Assembly (NCBI GenBank): GCA_964248365.1
Contig: CAXTYC010000004.1
Span: 128,001 to 192,000 of the forward strand
DNA: 64,000 nt
Source: an uncultured Chroococcidiopsis sp.
GTDB taxonomy: Bacteria; Cyanobacteriota; Cyanobacteriia; Cyanobacteriales; Chroococcidiopsidaceae
Direction of reading: 5' to 3'
Shown here: piece by piece, positions 61,859-64,000 of the stretch
Position numbering within the stretch: position 1 is the stretch's first letter
How the letters are laid out: each line of letters opens with the position of its first letter
Notes under the pieces: model-generated
Seen by the model: the letters and a program-made list of their open reading frames with translations, nothing else
Told to the model about the DNA's origin: nothing
The model's database searches: none
Translations under genes and position numbers: made by a program

Positions 61859-62935
61859 TTATCTTACCGTGCCTTGAGCCAATGTTGCGTTAATTGGCTT
61901 CATCAGGTATAGTCGCAAGAACTGCCAGCCATTGGATAGGTAAAGCGGTAGCTTTTGGAACAATTGCAAGAATTTAGGAGTGTTGGAGCTAGCGATCGCA
62001 CTCAATCTCTTGTTATTCTCTACACACACGTCCATCCGCTGGTAAAACTTGGGATTCTCCGTATCCAGCATCACTGGGAATACTCGCCCTGCGGTTTCAT
62101 TCGTCTTCTGAATCACATAGGTTTCATAGTCGCGGGTATTTAGTCCCAGCATCTCGTAGAATCCAGGCTCTTGGGTGTCCCTAATATACATCGTGCCAAA
62201 CACTGCCAGCAAGAAGAAACGACACCATAGCCGCGCCTTCCAATCATTCAAAGTCTGCGGCTGAGCTTTCATTAAAGCATCAAAGAAATCTCCGTGCCGA
62301 TTTTCATCCTGACACCAGTTTTCAAAGAACCGGAAAATTGGATAAATCCGCTTTTCAGGATGAGCTTCTAGGTGACGATAAATCGTGATATACCGCCAGT
62401 AGCCAATCTTCTCAGAAAGATATGTGGCGTAGAAGATAAACTTCGGTTTAAAGAAAGTATACTTGCGGCTCTTGGTTAAAAATCCCAAGTCCAGCGACAG
62501 ATTAAAGTCTGACATCGCCTTATTCAGGAATCCAGCGTGACGCGCTTCATCCCGTGACATCAAAGCAAAGCATTCTGCTAGTAGAGGGTTTTTGTCTTTC
62601 AACTTGCGGCTGAGTTCTTTGTAAAGCAAAAAGCCAGAAAACTCAGACGTGCAAGAACGTTCCAAAAATTCTACAAACCGTTTGCGAGTTTCCCAATCCA
62701 TGTTATCCCAGGATTGTTCAAATTCCGCATCTCTGACAAAGTGATGGCGATTGTAGTCGGCGCGGAACTCTTCGAGAATGGCTTTCAGTTCATCTTCATT
62801 GACTGAAATATCCATCCGCGCCATTTCATCAAAGTCGGTGGTGTAGAACTTGGGCGAAAGCAGGGTGTCCTTTGCTGGGACTTTTATCCCTGGTCGCATT
62901 TCTTCAAAGCCTGGTTTTTGCAGGGAATCTACCAT
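61859..62935 (-). CDS. acsF: Mg-protoporphyrin IX monomethyl ester oxidative cyclase
   Basis: [32 protein letters not shown] and DENRHGD di-iron motifs. Confidence 0.96.
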   Translation of the reverse strand: MVDSLQKPGFEEMRPGIKVPAKDTLLSPKFYTTDFDEMARMDISVNEDELKAILEEFRADYNRHHFVRDAEFEQSWDNMDWETRKRFVEFLERSCTSEFSGFLLYKELSRKLKDKNPLLAECFALMSRDEARHAGFLNKAMSDFNLSLDLGFLTKSRKYTFFKPKFIFYATYLSEKIGYWRYITIYRHLEAHPEKRIYPIFRFFENWCQDENRHGDFFDALMKAQPQTLNDWKARLWCRFFLLAVFGTMYIRDTQEPGFYEMLGLNTRDYETYVIQKTNETAGRVFPVMLDTENPKFYQRMDVCVENNKRLSAIASSNTPKFLQLFQKLPLYLSNGWQFLRLYLMKPINATLAQGTVR

Positions 62936-63226
62936 GTCGTTTTGCTCTTGTTTGCTCTTATCTGTATTACCAAGAGGTTGGTGTGCTGATTCTTATATGG
63001 AATTCAGTCTACCAAGGCATTGGCTGATTAAATCTACTTGTAACGTTAAGAGTTACAACAGGCTATCAATTTTTTTTACAAAATTCAGTCATGGTGGTTT
63101 AAATGACACCTTTTTAGGTATGCGATCGCTCTATATTGCCACAATATGGGCAATTCCACTGTAAAAAGCTGACCCAAAAACTCTATCTAACATGGAAAAT
63201 AGAAACCAGGAACGTCAGCAAAGTTT

Positions 63227-63706
63227 ATGAATAAAGAGAATAAAGCTAGCACTGCCTATTTTTTGTGGCTAGCTTGTTTGCTTCAGTTACACGGGCTACA
63301 TCGCCTATACAATGGCAAAGTCGGGACAGGGCTTTTGTGGCTTTGCACCTTTGGTTTATTTGGTGTTGGGCAACTGGTAGACCTGTTCTTGATTCCCAAT
63401 ATGGTAGAAGATTACAATGCCAAGCTCAGAGCAAAATTGGGTGTATCTGCTTATGGCGTACCCTTCTACGAGCCAGTAGTCGCTACCACTGTTGTCAAGC
63501 ATCCCCATGAGCAATTGATGGTTAAACTGCTCAAAGCTGCCGCAGCGCGTGATGGTAAGCTTTCTGTCACTCAAGGAGTGATGGATACAGGCGCTAGTTT
63601 TTCTGAAGTAGAAGCCGTTTTAAAGGAAATGGTTAAATCTGGTTACGTCAGAGTTGACAACCACCCCCTTACTGGTGTAGTTGTCTACGAATTTTTTGAA
63701 CTTTAA
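63227..63706 (+). CDS. TM2 (NINE) domain protein with a C-terminal winged-helix-like tail
   Basis: AY.LW...HGLHRLYNGK.GTGLLWL.T.GLFGVGQL.DLFLIP.MV and LSVTQGVM.TG motifs. Confidence 0.88.
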   Translation: MNKENKASTAYFLWLACLLQLHGLHRLYNGKVGTGLLWLCTFGLFGVGQLVDLFLIPNMVEDYNAKLRAKLGVSAYGVPFYEPVVATTVVKHPHEQLMVKLLKAAAARDGKLSVTQGVMDTGASFSEVEAVLKEMVKSGYVRVDNHPLTGVVVYEFFEL

Positions 63707-63785
63707 TTGACTGTATTGATACAGAAATAAATCCAAATGGGAAAACTATCTATGAAAGGGTTAATTATGCGTATTTGAACACCAT

Positions 63786-64000
63786 ATGAATACTAATCGC
63801 CTTGCAACTTCCTACATTCTCTGCGTAGTGTGGTTTTTCGGTTTAGCAGGATTACAGCGTTTATACAATGGTAAAATTGGCACAGGCTTGCTGTGGCTTT
63901 TGACTTGGGGTTTTTTTGGTGTAGGTCAGTTTGTAGATTTATTCATGATTCCTAGTATGGTCGAGGAACATGATATTAAGCTGAGAGCCAAAGCTGGTTT
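63786..64000 (+). CDS. second TM2 domain protein (runs off the window)
   Basis: Manual translation MNTNRLATSYILCVVWFFGLAGLQRLYNGKIGTGLLWLLTWGFFGVGQFVDLFMIPSMVEEHDIKLRAKAG...; not in the ORF track. Confidence 0.85.
   Translation, partial: MNTNRLATSYILCVVWFFGLAGLQRLYNGKIGTGLLWLLTWGFFGVGQFVDLFMIPSMVEEHDIKLRAKAG

Noticed and set aside
1..64000. CRISPR arrays, tRNA/rRNA genes, intact transposases, prophage genes, and the many antisense ORFs in the track
   Set aside because: I found no repeat-spacer periodicity, cloverleaf, or transposase/phage motif by eye. The antisense ORFs shadow well-supported genes.

Overview
64 kb of cyanobacterial chromosome. HIP1 octamers (GCGATCGC) are abundant, heptamer tandem repeats fill many intergenic gaps, and chlI, acsF and a cytochrome c6 family gene are present. 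Most of the window is housekeeping or regulatory: ygfZ, birA, pgeF, hisA, csaB, tldD/pmbA, an aspartate aminotransferase-like gene, fbaB and trpB2. It also holds a CoaR/CoaT cobalt module with a recognisable MerR operator, a TetR-DevBCA exporter with three copies of a candidate operator, a PatA-less chemosensory cluster ending in an atypical response regulator and a membrane-anchored coiled-coil protein, a methyltransferase-HIT fusion whose catalytic His is replaced by Ser, an orphan RlaP-like nucleotidyltransferase, and a Ser/Thr-kinase/His-kinase paired with a hybrid kinase. Several families of small mobile repeats (REP-like and MITE-like) occur; some are nested, some are inserted in-frame in proteins, and one REP doublet contains the stop codons of two convergent genes. 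The ORF track missed a DUF6888/DUF6887-like pair at the left edge, the 3' half of an LprI pseudogene and a second TM2 gene at the right edge. I saw no rRNA, tRNA, CRISPR array or intact transposase. Family names come from motif recognition, not from database searches.
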